A DNA stretch of 64,000 bases from Anaeromyxobacteraceae bacterium (GTDB lineage: Bacteria > Myxococcota > Myxococcia > Myxococcales > Anaeromyxobacteraceae). Below the pieces are notes generated by a model, which made no database searches, was not told the DNA's origin, and saw nothing but the letters and a program-made list of their open reading frames with translations. Positions 8,220 through 21,672 of this stretch are shown in pieces. Location of the stretch: the NCBI GenBank assembly GCA_047602405.1, contig JASGHJ010000002.1, positions 1,728,001 through 1,792,000 of the forward strand, read 5' to 3'. Numbering within the stretch: position 1 is the first letter of the stretch; each line of letters begins with the position of its first letter. The position numbers and the translations under genes are program-made.

Positions 8220-11003
8220 TCAGGCGTCGGCGCGCGAGAGCGCGGCCCGGACCGACTCGACGACCTTCGCGCCGAGCTCGCCCTCGAGCCGCCGGCCGTC
8301 GGCCGTGCGGACGTAGAAGGCGTCGCTCGCCCGATGTCCCTCGGTGGAGATGCGCGCGAGGTCCACCGAGAGCCCGAGCTCGAAGAAGGTCCGGGAGAGC
8401 GTGTGCAGGAGCCCCACGCGGTCGGTCGTGAAGACGTCCACAACGCTGTGCGTGCGCGAGCTGTCGTTGTCGACGACCACCTTCGTCGCGAGGCGCGGGA
8501 GCGGCTTCTGCGGCAGCGCCGAGGCCTTGAGCCGCCGCGCCATCAGCGCGTCGAGCGGCTCCTCCCCGGAGAGCACCCGGACGAGGTCGCGCCGGCACGC
8601 CCGCCAGCGGAGCGCCTCCACGGCGGTCTCCTCCGGCCCGCGCAGCTCGAAGACGTCGAGCGCCCGCCCGGCGAGCACGCCGTGGGCGGGATCCTCGGGC
8701 GTCGAGAAGACCTCGGCGTGGTGGATGTCGATGCGGTGGGCGGCGAGCACCCCCGCGATTGTGGCGAGGAGGCCGGGACGGTCGGCCGCGACGAGCGTCA
8801 TCTCCGACTGGTTGCGCTCCGGGCGGTGCCGGATGGCGGTCACGACGGCGCGGCCCCTCCCGAGGTGGAGGAGGCGCTGGTGCGCGGGCGCCTGGGCGGG
8901 CGGCTCGGTGACGAAGTAGCGCGCGGGCATCGCCGCGAGGAACGCGGTCCGATCCGCGGACGAGCCGTGGCCGCGGAGCTCCAGGGCGGCCGAGACCGCC
9001 GCCCGCCCGGCCGCCTCGGCGGTGCCGGGCTCGGGGCGCCGCTCGCCGAGCGCGAGCGCGTCGCGGGTCTTCTGGAAGAGCTCGCGCAGGAGCCTGGCCT
9101 TCCACTCGGTCCACGTGCGCGGGCCGACGGTCGCCATGTCCGCGTAGGTCAAGGCGTAGAGCTTCTCGAGGCGGTCGATGGTGCCCACCTCGTCCGCGAA
9201 CGCGTGGATGAGGTCGGGGTCGGAGAGGTCGCGCCGCTGGGCGATGGCCGACATGCGCAGGTGCTTCGCGACGAGCCACTCCACGTCGGCGGCGTCGGCC
9301 GGGTCGATGCCCATGCGCACGCAGGCGGCCGCCGCGATCTCGGCGCCGCGGACGGAGTGGTCCTTGCCGGAGCCCTTCCCGATGTCGTGGAACAGGGTGC
9401 CGAGGAAGAGCGCGAGCGGCCGGGCCATCCGGCGCGTGACCTCGCCCACGAGCTCCTCGTCGACGTCGGCGCACCGGAGCGCGAGCAGCCGGCGCACCGC
9501 GAACAGCGAGTGAACGTCCACGGTGTACACGTGGTAGACGTCGAACTGCCGCCGCGCCGTGACGGCCGCGAACTCCGGCACCAGCCTGGGGAGCACCCCG
9601 AGCTCGTGCATGACGGTCAGGAAGCGGCCGCGCGTGCCCTGCCGGATGAGCCCGGAGAGGAGCTCCTGGTTGAGCTCCGGGTCCGCGGCGGCCTCCGGCG
9701 GGAGCTCGTCCGCCGCCTGCGCGGCGAGGTCGCGGGCGTACGGGTAGAGATCGAGCCCCTCGAAGTCGGCGGTGGTGAAGAGCCGGACGAGCGCCGCCGG
9801 CGAGCGCCAGAGCACCTCGCGGTCGACGACCGTGATCCGGTTCCGGAAGACCTTGAACTCGCCGCCCACGATGAGCCGGTCGGCCGTGCGGGTGGGCTGG
9901 CCGCGGAGCACCGGGACCGGCCGCTCGGCGCCGATGATGGCGGCGGGCGGCGGCACCATGCGCCAGCCCTGCTGGGTGACGGGCTCGAGGCAGCGATCGA
10001 TGACGGCGTCGCACGCGACGAGCACGGTCTTCGCGGCGAGGTAGTAGTGGCGCGCGAAGGCCTCCACCGCCGGCGTCCCCTCCTGATCGCGGTACCCGAG
10101 GGCCTCGGCGACCGAGGGCTGCACGTCGAAGGTGAGCTGGTCCCACTTCCGGCCGGCCTGGTAGTGGAGCTCGTTGCGCACCCGCCAGAGGAAGTCGCGG
10201 GCCCGGCGCATCTCCTCGATCTCGGTCGCCGGGAGGAGCGCGCGGGAGAGGAGCTCGCCGAGGCCGCCGACCTTGAAGCGGACGCGGGCGCACCAGAGCG
10301 CCGACTGCAGGTCGCGCAGCCCGCCCTCCGACTCCTTGACGTTCGGCTCCAGCATGTAGAGGGAGTCGCCGAACCGCTCGCGGCGCTGCCGCATCTCGGC
10401 GAGCTTGTCGGAGAGGAAGCCCTCGACCTTCGCCTCGGAGAGGCCGTGCAGCTGCTCGCGCTCGAGCTCGCGGAAGAGGTCCCGGTCCCCCGCCAGGAAG
10501 CGCAGGTCGAGGAGCGCGGTGCGCGCGGTGTGGTCCTCCCGGGCGATCTGGTCGCAGGCCTGGAGGTTGCGGACCGCCCAGCCCACGTCGAGCTTCAGGT
10601 CCCAGAGCGCGTAGAGGAGCCGCTCGCCGCACTCCTTCACGAAGGCGTCGGGCTCCCTGAGGCCGTGGAGCAGCATGAGGTCGACGTCGCTGTGCGGGGC
10701 CTGCTCGCGCCGCCCGTACCCGCCGAGCGCGACGAGCGCCACCGGCGACGGGCGGTGCTGCCGGCCGGCCGTCTCGACCGCGCGCTCCCAGAGGAGCGTC
10801 ACGATCCGGTCCAGGGCGGCGGCCTGGAGCCGCACCACCGTGTGGCCGCTCCCGCCCTCGCGGTGCACCTGCTCGACGTACCTCCGCTGGGCCAGGAAGT
10901 CGGCCTTCACGTCGCCGGTCAGGGCGGGCAGGCCGGGCAGCTTCTCGTCGAGGAGGAACGGGGCGGTCTTCGGGAGGCTCGGCTGCAGCGAGGCTGGACG
11001 CAC
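8220..11003 (-). CDS. glnD: [Protein-PII] uridylyltransferase
   Basis: ALGGYGR.E.APHSDVD, EPNVKESEGGLRD, YHVYTVDVH, HDIGKG, two C-terminal ACT domains. Confidence 0.95.
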   Translation of the reverse strand: MRPASLQPSLPKTAPFLLDEKLPGLPALTGDVKADFLAQRRYVEQVHREGGSGHTVVRLQAAALDRIVTLLWERAVETAGRQHRPSPVALVALGGYGRREQAPHSDVDLMLLHGLREPDAFVKECGERLLYALWDLKLDVGWAVRNLQACDQIAREDHTARTALLDLRFLAGDRDLFRELEREQLHGLSEAKVEGFLSDKLAEMRQRRERFGDSLYMLEPNVKESEGGLRDLQSALWCARVRFKVGGLGELLSRALLPATEIEEMRRARDFLWRVRNELHYQAGRKWDQLTFDVQPSVAEALGYRDQEGTPAVEAFARHYYLAAKTVLVACDAVIDRCLEPVTQQGWRMVPPPAAIIGAERPVPVLRGQPTRTADRLIVGGEFKVFRNRITVVDREVLWRSPAALVRLFTTADFEGLDLYPYARDLAAQAADELPPEAAADPELNQELLSGLIRQGTRGRFLTVMHELGVLPRLVPEFAAVTARRQFDVYHVYTVDVHSLFAVRRLLALRCADVDEELVGEVTRRMARPLALFLGTLFHDIGKGSGKDHSVRGAEIAAAACVRMGIDPADAADVEWLVAKHLRMSAIAQRRDLSDPDLIHAFADEVGTIDRLEKLYALTYADMATVGPRTWTEWKARLLRELFQKTRDALALGERRPEPGTAEAAGRAAVSAALELRGHGSSADRTAFLAAMPARYFVTEPPAQAPAHQRLLHLGRGRAVVTAIRHRPERNQSEMTLVAADRPGLLATIAGVLAAHRIDIHHAEVFSTPEDPAHGVLAGRALDVFELRGPEETAVEALRWRACRRDLVRVLSGEEPLDALMARRLKASALPQKPLPRLATKVVVDNDSSRTHSVVDVFTTDRVGLLHTLSRTFFELGLSVDLARISTEGHRASDAFYVRTADGRRLEGELGAKVVESVRAALSRADA

Positions 11004-11054
11004 GAGGAGGAGTCTAGCTGCCCTCGGGCCGCGTTGCAGCCTGGCTTCGGCCGC

Positions 11055-12896
11055 TCAGCGCGCGGCGGCGACGCGCGCGGCGCTGCGGGAGAACGCGGTC
11101 ACCGCCCGGGCGATGCCGGACGCCACCTCGTCCTGGTAGCGGGCCGAGGCGAGGCGCCGCTCCTCCTCGCGGTTCGAGATGAACCCGGTCTCCACGAGCA
11201 CCGCCGGCATGCGGGCGCCGAGGAGCACGTAGAAGAGCGCGCTCTTCACGCCGAGGTCGCGCACGTCGCCCACCCGGGCCCTGACCCCGGCGGTGACCTC
11301 CTGCTGGACGAGCGTCGCGAGGCGGCGGGAGCTCAGGGCGGAGGCCTTCGCGTCGAGGTCGGTGAGGATCCGGGCGGCCTGCTCGTCGCCCTCCCCGAGG
11401 TCGAGGCCGTTCTCGCGCTCGGCGAGGCGGGCGGCGTAACGGTCCGCCGCCACGTTCAGGAAGTAGGTCTCCACGCCGTCGCGGTTGCGGCGCGGGTGCG
11501 CGTTCGCGTGGACCGACACGAAGATGTCCCCGCCCGCGGTGTTGGCGAGCGCCGTGCGCTCCTCGAGCGCGAGGGTGCGGTCCTCGTCGCGGGTGAGCAC
11601 CACCTCGAAGCCGGCGCCCCGGAGCTTCGCCGCGAGCTTCTTCGCGATCGCGAGCGTCACGTCCTTCTCGCGCACCCTCCCCGGCCCGATGGCGCCGGGA
11701 TCGCGGCCGCCGTGCCCGGCGTCGACGACGATGCGGCGGACCTCGCCTGGCCCCTGCGGCGGACGGGCGGCGGGCGCCTCGGGCGGAGGCGGCGGGAGCG
11801 GCAGCGGGGGCTCGCGCGCGGGCGCCTCGGCGACCGGCACGTCCGCCGGGGCGGGGCGAGGCTCCGGCGAGCCCACGTCGACGATGAGCCGCGGCGGATC
11901 CTGGAGGGTGAAGAGGTGGAGGCCCTCGGTGCCGGGCAGGTCGAGCACCACGCGCACCGTGTCGGCGGCGTTCTGCGCGGCGCGCACGCGGTCCACCTGC
12001 CTGCCCTCGACCTCGGCGCCCTTCGAGAGCGACGGGTCGAGCTCGGCCGGGCGAAAGTCGAGGGCGAGCCGGCGCGGCTGGCCCGGCGAGGCGGGCAGCT
12101 CGAGCTTCTGCCAGCCCACCCAGTGAGAGAGGTAGATGGCGACGCGGGTGTAGTCGCGGGACGACCAGCTCTTCACCTCGGTGACGCGCGCGGGCTCCCT
12201 CGACTCCGCCCCGCCCTGCAGGGCGGGGCCACGCTCGGGATGGTCGGCCGCGGTGGCCTGGAGATCGGCCAGCGCGGCCGCGAGCGCGGGGTCGGTCGGG
12301 GTCTCGGCCTCGGCGCGGTCGGACTCCGGCTCGTCGGCGTCGTCGGGCTCCTCGACGGGCGCCGCGGGCTTCGCGTGGGCGGGGGCCTTCGGCGCCGCCT
12401 TCACCGCGGGCTTCGAGGCGACGGCCGGCGCGCGGCGCGGAGGCTCGGGCTTCTCGTCGTCGCCCGCCTCGCGGCGGATGGCGGCGGCCAGCGCCGGCGC
12501 CTTCGCGGAGCCCTTCTTCGCGGCCTTCGCGGCGAGCGAGAGCGCGGCGTCGCGGTCGGCGTCGTTCGCGGACCAGCGGAAGAGCGCGTAGCGCGCGCGG
12601 GCGGCCTCGAGCAGGGCCTCGGCCGCGTCGCGGCCGCCGTTCGCGCGCGCGGAGCGCTCGAGGTTGGTGATCGCGCGGTCCCAGTGGTGGCGGAAGCGGC
12701 GCTTCGAGCGGTCGCGCTGGAGCGCGGTCATCGCGGCCTTCGCCTCCGCGAGCGTCGGCGGGCGAGACGAGGACGGGCGCACCGCCTTCTTGCCCGGCCG
12801 CGCCGCGGCAGGCGCACCGCGCGTGACGCGAGGCGCCGCGCTCACCACTTCGGGCGAGAGCAGGACCAGCGCGAGGATCGCCGGCGCGGCACGCAT
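11055..12896 (-). CDS. amiC: N-acetylmuramoyl-L-alanine amidase (AMIN + Amidase_3)
   Basis: Signal peptide; IVVDAGHGGRDPGA, EKDVTL, FVSVHANA, PAVLVETGFISN. Confidence 0.88.
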   Translation of the reverse strand: MRAAPAILALVLLSPEVVSAAPRVTRGAPAAARPGKKAVRPSSSRPPTLAEAKAAMTALQRDRSKRRFRHHWDRAITNLERSARANGGRDAAEALLEAARARYALFRWSANDADRDAALSLAAKAAKKGSAKAPALAAAIRREAGDDEKPEPPRRAPAVASKPAVKAAPKAPAHAKPAAPVEEPDDADEPESDRAEAETPTDPALAAALADLQATAADHPERGPALQGGAESREPARVTEVKSWSSRDYTRVAIYLSHWVGWQKLELPASPGQPRRLALDFRPAELDPSLSKGAEVEGRQVDRVRAAQNAADTVRVVLDLPGTEGLHLFTLQDPPRLIVDVGSPEPRPAPADVPVAEAPAREPPLPLPPPPPEAPAARPPQGPGEVRRIVVDAGHGGRDPGAIGPGRVREKDVTLAIAKKLAAKLRGAGFEVVLTRDEDRTLALEERTALANTAGGDIFVSVHANAHPRRNRDGVETYFLNVAADRYAARLAERENGLDLGEGDEQAARILTDLDAKASALSSRRLATLVQQEVTAGVRARVGDVRDLGVKSALFYVLLGARMPAVLVETGFISNREEERRLASARYQDEVASGIARAVTAFSRSAARVAAAR

Positions 12897-13143
12897 GCGA
12901 AATCGACCGTGCCCTGCCGGTGCCGAGGCGTCCACTTTTCAGCGGAGGCGCCCCCGGGCGAACGCACCGTGCGCGAGTGCGTCATGGCGTCGCACCAAAC
13001 GAGCTTTTCGAGACCGTTTCGCAACAAGAACCCAGCTAACTCACTGGGCAAATTCGATGTACCCGGTTGAATATCGAGTATGCTCCCGCGTCTTACGAAA
13101 CACAGGGCGGATGGTCCGCCCCCTCGCACGCAGGAGCACGCAA

Positions 13144-13417
13144 GTGACCAAGTACATCGTCGGTCTGATCGCCGCCTTCGCCTTCTCCGTCGCTTACGCG
13201 GAGGCCCCGGCCTCCGTGAAGCTCACCGCCAAGAACGGCGACGTCACCTTCGAGCACGCCAAGCACAAGGCGCTCGACTGCACGAAGTGCCACGCCGACG
13301 CCAAGGGCGGCAAGATTCGAGCTCAACAAGGACAAGGCGCACGGCCTCTGCCTCGAGTGCCACAAGGGCGGCGGCAAGGGCCCCACGAAGTGCAACGACT
13401 GCCACAAGAAGGCGTAA
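13144..13417 (+). CDS. Triheme cytochrome c7 (PpcA family), one-base insertion near 13316
   Basis: Signal peptide, NGDVTFEHAKH, CTKCH; after correction KIELNKDKAHGLCLECH...GPTKCNDCHKK. Confidence 0.88.
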
Positions 13418-13444
13418 CTTCCTTCGAGTAGGCTGAAGTGTGCG

Positions 13445-13470
13445 AGGGGGCCGGGCGACCGGCCCCTTTG

Positions 13471-13476
<6 letters not shown>
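13445..13476. terminator. Intrinsic terminator hairpin between convergent c7 cytochrome and mutS
   Basis: GGGGCCGG-GCGA-CCGGCCCC followed by TTTG. Confidence 0.65.
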
Positions 13477-16129
<2,653 letters not shown>

Positions 16130-16170
16130 GGGAGCCGATGCTTGTATCACGTGCTAGAGTCCCGGCGCTC

Positions 16171-17857
16171 ATGCTCGAGCGCGCGTTCCAGGACCTCAAC
16201 CGACTCCGTCAGATCACCGCGACCGTGGCGAAGCACGGCTTCGGCGCGTACCTGGAGCGCTCGCGGCTGAAGGACATGCTCGGCAAGGACGGCGTCCCGC
16301 CCGCCGAGGGCGGCCCGCTGCCCGAGCCGGACCGCCGCACCGCCGCGCGGTTCCGGACCCTGCTCACCGACCTCGGCCCGACCTTCATCAAGTTCGGCCA
16401 GATCCTCTCCACCCGCCCGGACCTCCTCCCCGCCCACTGGATTCGAGGAGCTCGAGGGGCTGCAGGACGACTGCCCGCCCTCCCCGTTTCCTCAGATCCG
16501 CGCCGTCATCGAGGAGGGGCTCGGGCACCCGCTCGCGGAGCTCTTCGCGTGGGTCGAGGAGGAGCCGCTCGCGAGCGCGTCCATCGCCCAGGTCCACCGC
16601 GCCCGGACGCACGCCGGCGAGGACGTGGTGGTGAAGGTGCAGCACCCGCGGATCCAGGAGAACATCGACAGCGACCTCGCGCTGCTGCACTACCTCGCGA
16701 AGGTGCTCGAGGCGGTCGTCGAGGAGGTCGGCGTCTACACGCCCTCCGACGTCATCGCCGAGTTCGACCGCACCGTGCACGAGGAGCTCGACTTCTCGAA
16801 CGAGGCGCGGAACGCGCGGGCGATGCGCGACGCCTCGGTCGGGCGCGACTTCCTCGTCATCCCGAAGGTGCTCGGCGACCTCACCTGCCCGACGGTGCTC
16901 ACGCTCGAGCGCGTCGAGGGCCGCCACCTCTCCGACGTCGCGAACGCGCCCGACGGCCTCGACCTCGAGGCCATCGCCCGCAACCTCATCGAGGCCGCCT
17001 TCCGGCAGCTCTTCGAGGACGGCCTCTTCCACGGCGACCCCCACCCCGGGAACATCCTCGTCCTCCCCGGCAACCGGATCGCGCTCCTCGACTTCGGCCT
17101 GGTGGGCCGCCTCTCGCGCCAGCAGCAGGAGGCGCTCGTCACGCTCATCGTCGCGGTCGCGCTGCGGGACCCGGAGAGCGTCGCGCGGATGCTGAACCGC
17201 ATCGGCATGCCCGACACGCACGGGCCGATCGGCGAGTTCAAGGAGGAGATCCGCGGGCTGCTCGACCGGTACCTCGGCCTGAAGCTCGACGAGATCAGGA
17301 GCGCCACCCTCGCGCGGGACCTCCTCGACCTCGCGGTGCGCCACAAGATCAAGGTGCCGAAGGAGTACGCGGTGCTCGGCAAGGCCGCGATGACGATCGA
17401 GGGAATCGTCCGGCGGATTTACCCGAAGCTCGACATCCTCGAGGTCGGGATGCCGTACGCGAAGGAGCTGCTGCTGGCGCGGTTCAACCCGTCCGACACG
17501 AGCGGCCTCCTCATGAAGTCGCTCCTGAAGTTCCAGGGGCTCGCCGAGGACGTCCCCGGGCAGCTCAGCCAGATCCTGCTCGACCTCGAGAGCGGCAAGT
17601 TCCGCGTGCACGTGCAGCCCGAGGCCATCGACCGGCTCGGCGCGCACCTCAGGAGCGTCGGGATCACGCTGTTCCTGGGCCTCCTCGCCGCGTCGCTCGC
17701 GGGCGCCGGGATCGTCGCGATGGCGCTGCACGCGCCGGGCGTCGTCGGACCGGCGGCGGTGGCGGGCGCGGCGATCCTCTCGGGCGTCGCGACCCTGCAT
17801 CACCTCGCGCCGACGAAGCTGCCGAAGATCTCGGTGCGGAAGTTCCTGGGGAAGTAG
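16171..17857 (+). CDS. ABC1/AarF/UbiB family atypical kinase (insertion near 16442)
   Basis: LGPTFIKFGQILSTRPD, PLASASIAQVH, VVVKVQ, FHGDPHPGN, LLDFG. Confidence 0.9.
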
Positions 17858-17864
17858 CGGCGCG

Positions 17865-18474
17865 TCAGCGTGCCTCGAAGGCGAACGCCTCGTCGCGGGT
17901 GACGCGGGTGTACCGGGTGACGTGAACCCGGTTGAAGAGGCAGGAGGTCCTTCGAGCTCGGCCAGGCCCGCCACACGATGACGTCCCGGCGCGCATGAAA
18001 CGGGAAGACAATGTCGTAGGTGCCGGGCGCAGGCGGCTGGTCGTACCAGTTCGGCGCGGCCTGCCAGGAGCCTCCCACGGTCCCGTCGAGATCCCGTAGG
18101 AGCACGGCAAACGAGCGCGACGGGCCCGTCCCGAAGGCGAGCCTCCAGGTCTCATCGATTCGGAGGATCTCGTCGCCTTCCGGCGCCTCGTGCGAGATGT
18201 AGTAGCCGGAGACGGGCTCCAGGAGCCTTCCGACGACGACCATTGGGAGCACGACCCCGGCGAGCGCCCCGACCATCGCGAAGGGAACGGCTTGCAGTAC
18301 CCCGAACCGCGAGCCTCGGAGCGCGAGCGAGGGCGCGACGATCGCCACGAGCAGCGCGAGGATCCACTGCCCGTCGTCCGGCACGAGCGGCATGAACCGC
18401 AGCACGAGCGGCATGAGGCACGCGCCGGCGAAGATCGTCCACCAGAGCGGTTTCAGCGAGAAGCGGCGGAGCAC
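17865..18474 (-). CDS. Hypothetical membrane protein (probable frameshift near 17950)
   Basis: Three hydrophobic segments; the long frame overruns the neighbouring gene, while the alternative frame ends cleanly at 17865. Confidence 0.4.
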
Positions 18475-18674
18475 GACGCGATTCTACTTCCAGCGAACGG
18501 CAAGAGTGAGTCTCAAAGGCTCCCGCTGGAGGGAGTTGGCGCACTTGCGGGGGCTTCCTCGACCCAGGCACCCGGACGGATTCGTCGCCACGAACGAACC
18601 TGCCCGAGCACCCGCGGCGCGGATCCGGTCACTTATCCAGGTGCACGGTCAGCGCTCGGCCCTATGCTCTCCCG

Positions 18675-19475
18675 GTGACACCCGCTCCTCCTCGCTACTC
18701 GGAGCTCCCGCCGCCCCCCGCGCTCGCGCGCTGGGTGGCGAGCGTCTGGGAGCTTCGCGGCGTGGCCGCAGCAGGCGGCGAGCGGCACCGCGTCCTCCCG
18801 GACGGCTGCATCGACCTCATGTTCACGCCGGACCGGCCCTCGGCGACCCAGCTCGTGGGGCCCATGTCCACGGCGGTCGAGGTGCCACTCGAGGGCGAGG
18901 TCGACGTGCTCGGGCTGCGCCTCCGGCCCGGCGGGCACGTGCTGCTCGGCGCGCTCGACGCGCGGGCGCTCGTGGACCTCATGGTCGAGCCGGCGGCTCA
19001 GGGCACCCTCCTCCGCGACCGCGCGCTCGCGCTCGCGCGCGGGATCGAGACGCGGCCCTCGCTCGCAGAGCGTGCGTCCCGGATCTGGGCCGCGCTCTTG
19101 CCGCTTGCCTCCACGGCGCCGCCGCCCGACCCGCTCCTCGAGCACGCGCTCCGGCGCTGGAGCCGGGAGCCTGCGACCGTCCGCGAGCTCGTGCGCGACT
19201 CCGGCTACACCGAGCGCACGCTCGAGCGCCGTTTCCTCGCGGCCGCGGGGTTCCGCCCGGCCGAGCTCCGCCGCCTCGCCCGCTTCCGCGCCGTCCTCCG
19301 CCGGCACGCGGCCGGTGATACGCGCTGGGCTGCGCTCGCCGCCGCGGCCGGCTACGCGGACCAGGCGCACCTCACCCGCGAGTTCCGCAGCTTCGCCGGG
19401 GTGTCACCCTCCGCCTGGGCCGCCGAGCAGGCCGGTGTCGGGATCGTTCAAGACGGGCGGGTCGCGGCGCTCTAG
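18675..19475 (+). CDS. AraC-family transcriptional regulator
   Basis: VLPDGCIDL N-domain; RTLERRF...G..P, GYADQAHLTREFR.FAG.SP. Confidence 0.9.
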   Translation: MTPAPPRYSELPPPPALARWVASVWELRGVAAAGGERHRVLPDGCIDLMFTPDRPSATQLVGPMSTAVEVPLEGEVDVLGLRLRPGGHVLLGALDARALVDLMVEPAAQGTLLRDRALALARGIETRPSLAERASRIWAALLPLASTAPPPDPLLEHALRRWSREPATVRELVRDSGYTERTLERRFLAAAGFRPAELRRLARFRAVLRRHAAGDTRWAALAAAAGYADQAHLTREFRSFAGVSPSAWAAEQAGVGIVQDGRVAAL

Positions 19476-19505
19476 GCTGCCTCCCACCACACACCGGAGG
19501 CCACC

Positions 19506-19910
19506 ATGTCCGTCACGCTCAAGAAGTCGACCCCCGTCCTCGTCGTCGAGCGCATCGAGCCCGCGCTCGCGTTCTGGAAGAAGCTCGGCGTCGAGAAGGT
19601 CGTCGACGTGTCCGAGGGCGATCACATGGGCTTCGCGATCCTCGCGGGCCAGGGCATCGAGGTCATGTACCAGACGTCCGAGAGCGTGAACTCGGACCTC
19701 GTCGCGTCGTCCGCGACGCGCGGCGCCTTCAAGCAGGCACCGCAGCAGGGCTACCTGTTCCTCGAGGTCGCGAGCATCCAGGAGGTCGCAAAGGCCCTCG
19801 CGGACGAGAAGCTCATCCTGCCGCTCAGGAAGACGTCGTACGGCGCGACCGAGCTCGGGTACCTCGACCGCGCGGGCAACGTGATCGTGCTCGCGGAGAT
19901 GGCGGGGTAG
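19506..19910 (+). CDS. VOC/glyoxalase-fold protein
   Basis: TPVLVVERIEPALAFW...SYGATE..YLD.AGNV; RBS GGAGG upstream. Confidence 0.78.
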   Translation: MSVTLKKSTPVLVVERIEPALAFWKKLGVEKVVDVSEGDHMGFAILAGQGIEVMYQTSESVNSDLVASSATRGAFKQAPQQGYLFLEVASIQEVAKALADEKLILPLRKTSYGATELGYLDRAGNVIVLAEMAG

Positions 19911-19916
19911 CGCGGG

Positions 19917-20843
19917 TCAGGGCGAGCCGCGCGCAGACGTCTGCGCGGGTTCCCCCGCGCACGCGAGCGCCGCGACGGTCCCGAGCCAGCCGAGGTCGAT
20001 CGCCGCGGTGACGACCGTCGCGAGCACGCCCATCATCAGGCTCGGGCCGGCGAGCACGAGCGGGTTCGCGTGCGGCGCGAAGCCGGTCGCGATGCCGGAG
20101 AAGCCCTGCACGGTCGAGGGCGCGATGACGCCGGCGAGGCCGAACCCGAGCACGGCCAGGATGAAGGTTCCAGGCCGGGCCAGGAACCGCCGCGTGGCGC
20201 CGGCGAAGGCCTGGCCGGGCGCCTCGCCGCGGAGCGCGGCGCGGGCCACGCCGGCGTCGCTCCAGCCGGAGAGCGCGAGCGGGACCGCGACGGCGAGGAC
20301 GAGGGCCACCGCGGTCGCGAAGGCGAGCAGCGCGGCGCCGCCCGCCCCGGCGGCGTGGCCGGAGATGCGGAGCGCGGCGATGACGAGCACGGCCGCGAAG
20401 CCGGTGCCGGTGAGGTCCGCCACGAAGCCGAGGGCGGCGGCGGGGAGCACCCGGGCGAAGCCGAACGCGGCGCCGGTCGCGAAGCGCGGCCCGGGCGTGC
20501 CGGCCATCTCCCCGGCGAGCTGCGGAAAGGCGCCCGCGAGGAAGGCGACGCGGAGCGCGCCGCGGGCGGCGAGGGAGGTCAGCCAGAGGCCGCCCACGAG
20601 GAGGACGAAGCGCGCCGAGGTGAGCATCGCGAGCGCGCCGCCGATCGGGGCGCCGGGAACGAACGGGCGCGCCCGCAGCGCGTGGAGTGCGGCCTCGGCC
20701 ACGAGCGCGGAGCCGACCGCGACGACCGGCCAGGCGAGCGCGCGGGAGAGGAGCGCCACGCCGAGGCCTCCCGCGATGAGCGCAGGGGAGCGGGACACTG
20801 CCCGGAACGACATGCCCATCGCGCGGAAGAGGGTCGGAGGCAC
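19917..20843 (-). CDS. Hypothetical polytopic membrane protein
   Basis: Several Ala/Leu/Gly-rich hydrophobic segments; start uncertain. Confidence 0.6.
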   Translation of the reverse strand: MPPTLFRAMGMSFRAVSRSPALIAGGLGVALLSRALAWPVVAVGSALVAEAALHALRARPFVPGAPIGGALAMLTSARFVLLVGGLWLTSLAARGALRVAFLAGAFPQLAGEMAGTPGPRFATGAAFGFARVLPAAALGFVADLTGTGFAAVLVIAALRISGHAAGAGGAALLAFATAVALVLAVAVPLALSGWSDAGVARAALRGEAPGQAFAGATRRFLARPGTFILAVLGFGLAGVIAPSTVQGFSGIATGFAPHANPLVLAGPSLMMGVLATVVTAAIDLGWLGTVAALACAGEPAQTSARGSP

Positions 20844-20934
20844 GGCCGGACCGTAGCGGCCCACCACCCGGCCGGCAAGCACTCTCCCCGTGAACACGTC
20901 CCGGTGAGGGGCCCTGCGGGCGCCCGCTTGCCTT

Positions 20935-20966
20935 CTGAACGCCCCCACAGTATACCCCTGTTCAGG
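20935..20966. promoter_or_regulatory. Putative LexA operator upstream of lexA
   Basis: Inverted CTGAAC (20935) and GTTCAG (20960); GTTCAG is the core of the Myxococcus xanthus-type SOS box. Confidence 0.6.
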
Positions 20967-20977
20967 AGACCGCGCCC

Positions 20978-21672
20978 ATGAACGCCCTTACCGATCGGCA
21001 GCTCGAGGTGCTGCGCTTCATTGCCCAGCAGATCGAGGAATGCGGCTACCCCCCACCATCCGCGAGATCGGTGAGGCCCTGGACATCCGTTCGACGAACG
21101 GCGTGAACGACCACCTGAAGGCGCTCGAGCGGAAGGGCTTCCTCTCGCGCGACCCGGTGAAGTCCCGCGCGCTCATCCCCACCCCGCAGGCCCGGGAGAT
21201 CCTCGGCGCCGACGCCCGCCGCCACTCGAACGTCGTCCCGTTCGTTAAGCCGGGGTCGAAGGCCGCGGCGCAGAGCCGGCTCGTCGAGATCCCGATCGTC
21301 GGCCGCGTCGCCGCGGGCCAGCCGATCCTCGCCCAGGAGCGCATCGAGGACACGGTCCAGGTCGACAGCTTTCTCCTGGGCACCAACAAGAAGGTGTACG
21401 GCCTGCGCGTGCAGGGCGACTCGATGATCGGCGACGGCATCCTGCCGGGCGACTACGTCTTCGTGAAGAAGCAGCTCCACGCGACCGACGGCGAGATCGT
21501 GGTGGCCATGATCGACGAGGAGGCCACCGTGAAGCGGGTCTTCTTCGAGGGTGACCGCGTGCGGTTCCAGCCGTCCAACCCGCGCATGGCGCCCATCTAC
21601 GTGCGGGAGTCCGACTTCCGCTCGACGATGATCCTCGGGGTCGTCGTGGGCGTGTACCGCAAGCTCCAGTAG
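20978..21672 (+). CDS. lexA: SOS repressor LexA (single C lost in a homopolymer near 21050)
   Basis: [15 protein letters not shown]...[17 protein letters not shown] cleavage site, GDSMI, ATVKR. Confidence 0.94.

Noticed and set aside
8334..13070. 1578-aa plus-strand ORF and similar long antisense ORFs (26417-28744, 45435-48797, 48934-51621)
   Set aside because: Shadow ORFs caused by high GC, lying opposite well-supported genes and lacking recognisable motifs
13050..13135. Cyclic dinucleotide (GEMM) riboswitch upstream of the c7 cytochrome
   Set aside because: GGCAAA is present, but I could not find the GNRA hairpin, GACGCAAAGC or P2 elements; an Rfam scan would settle it
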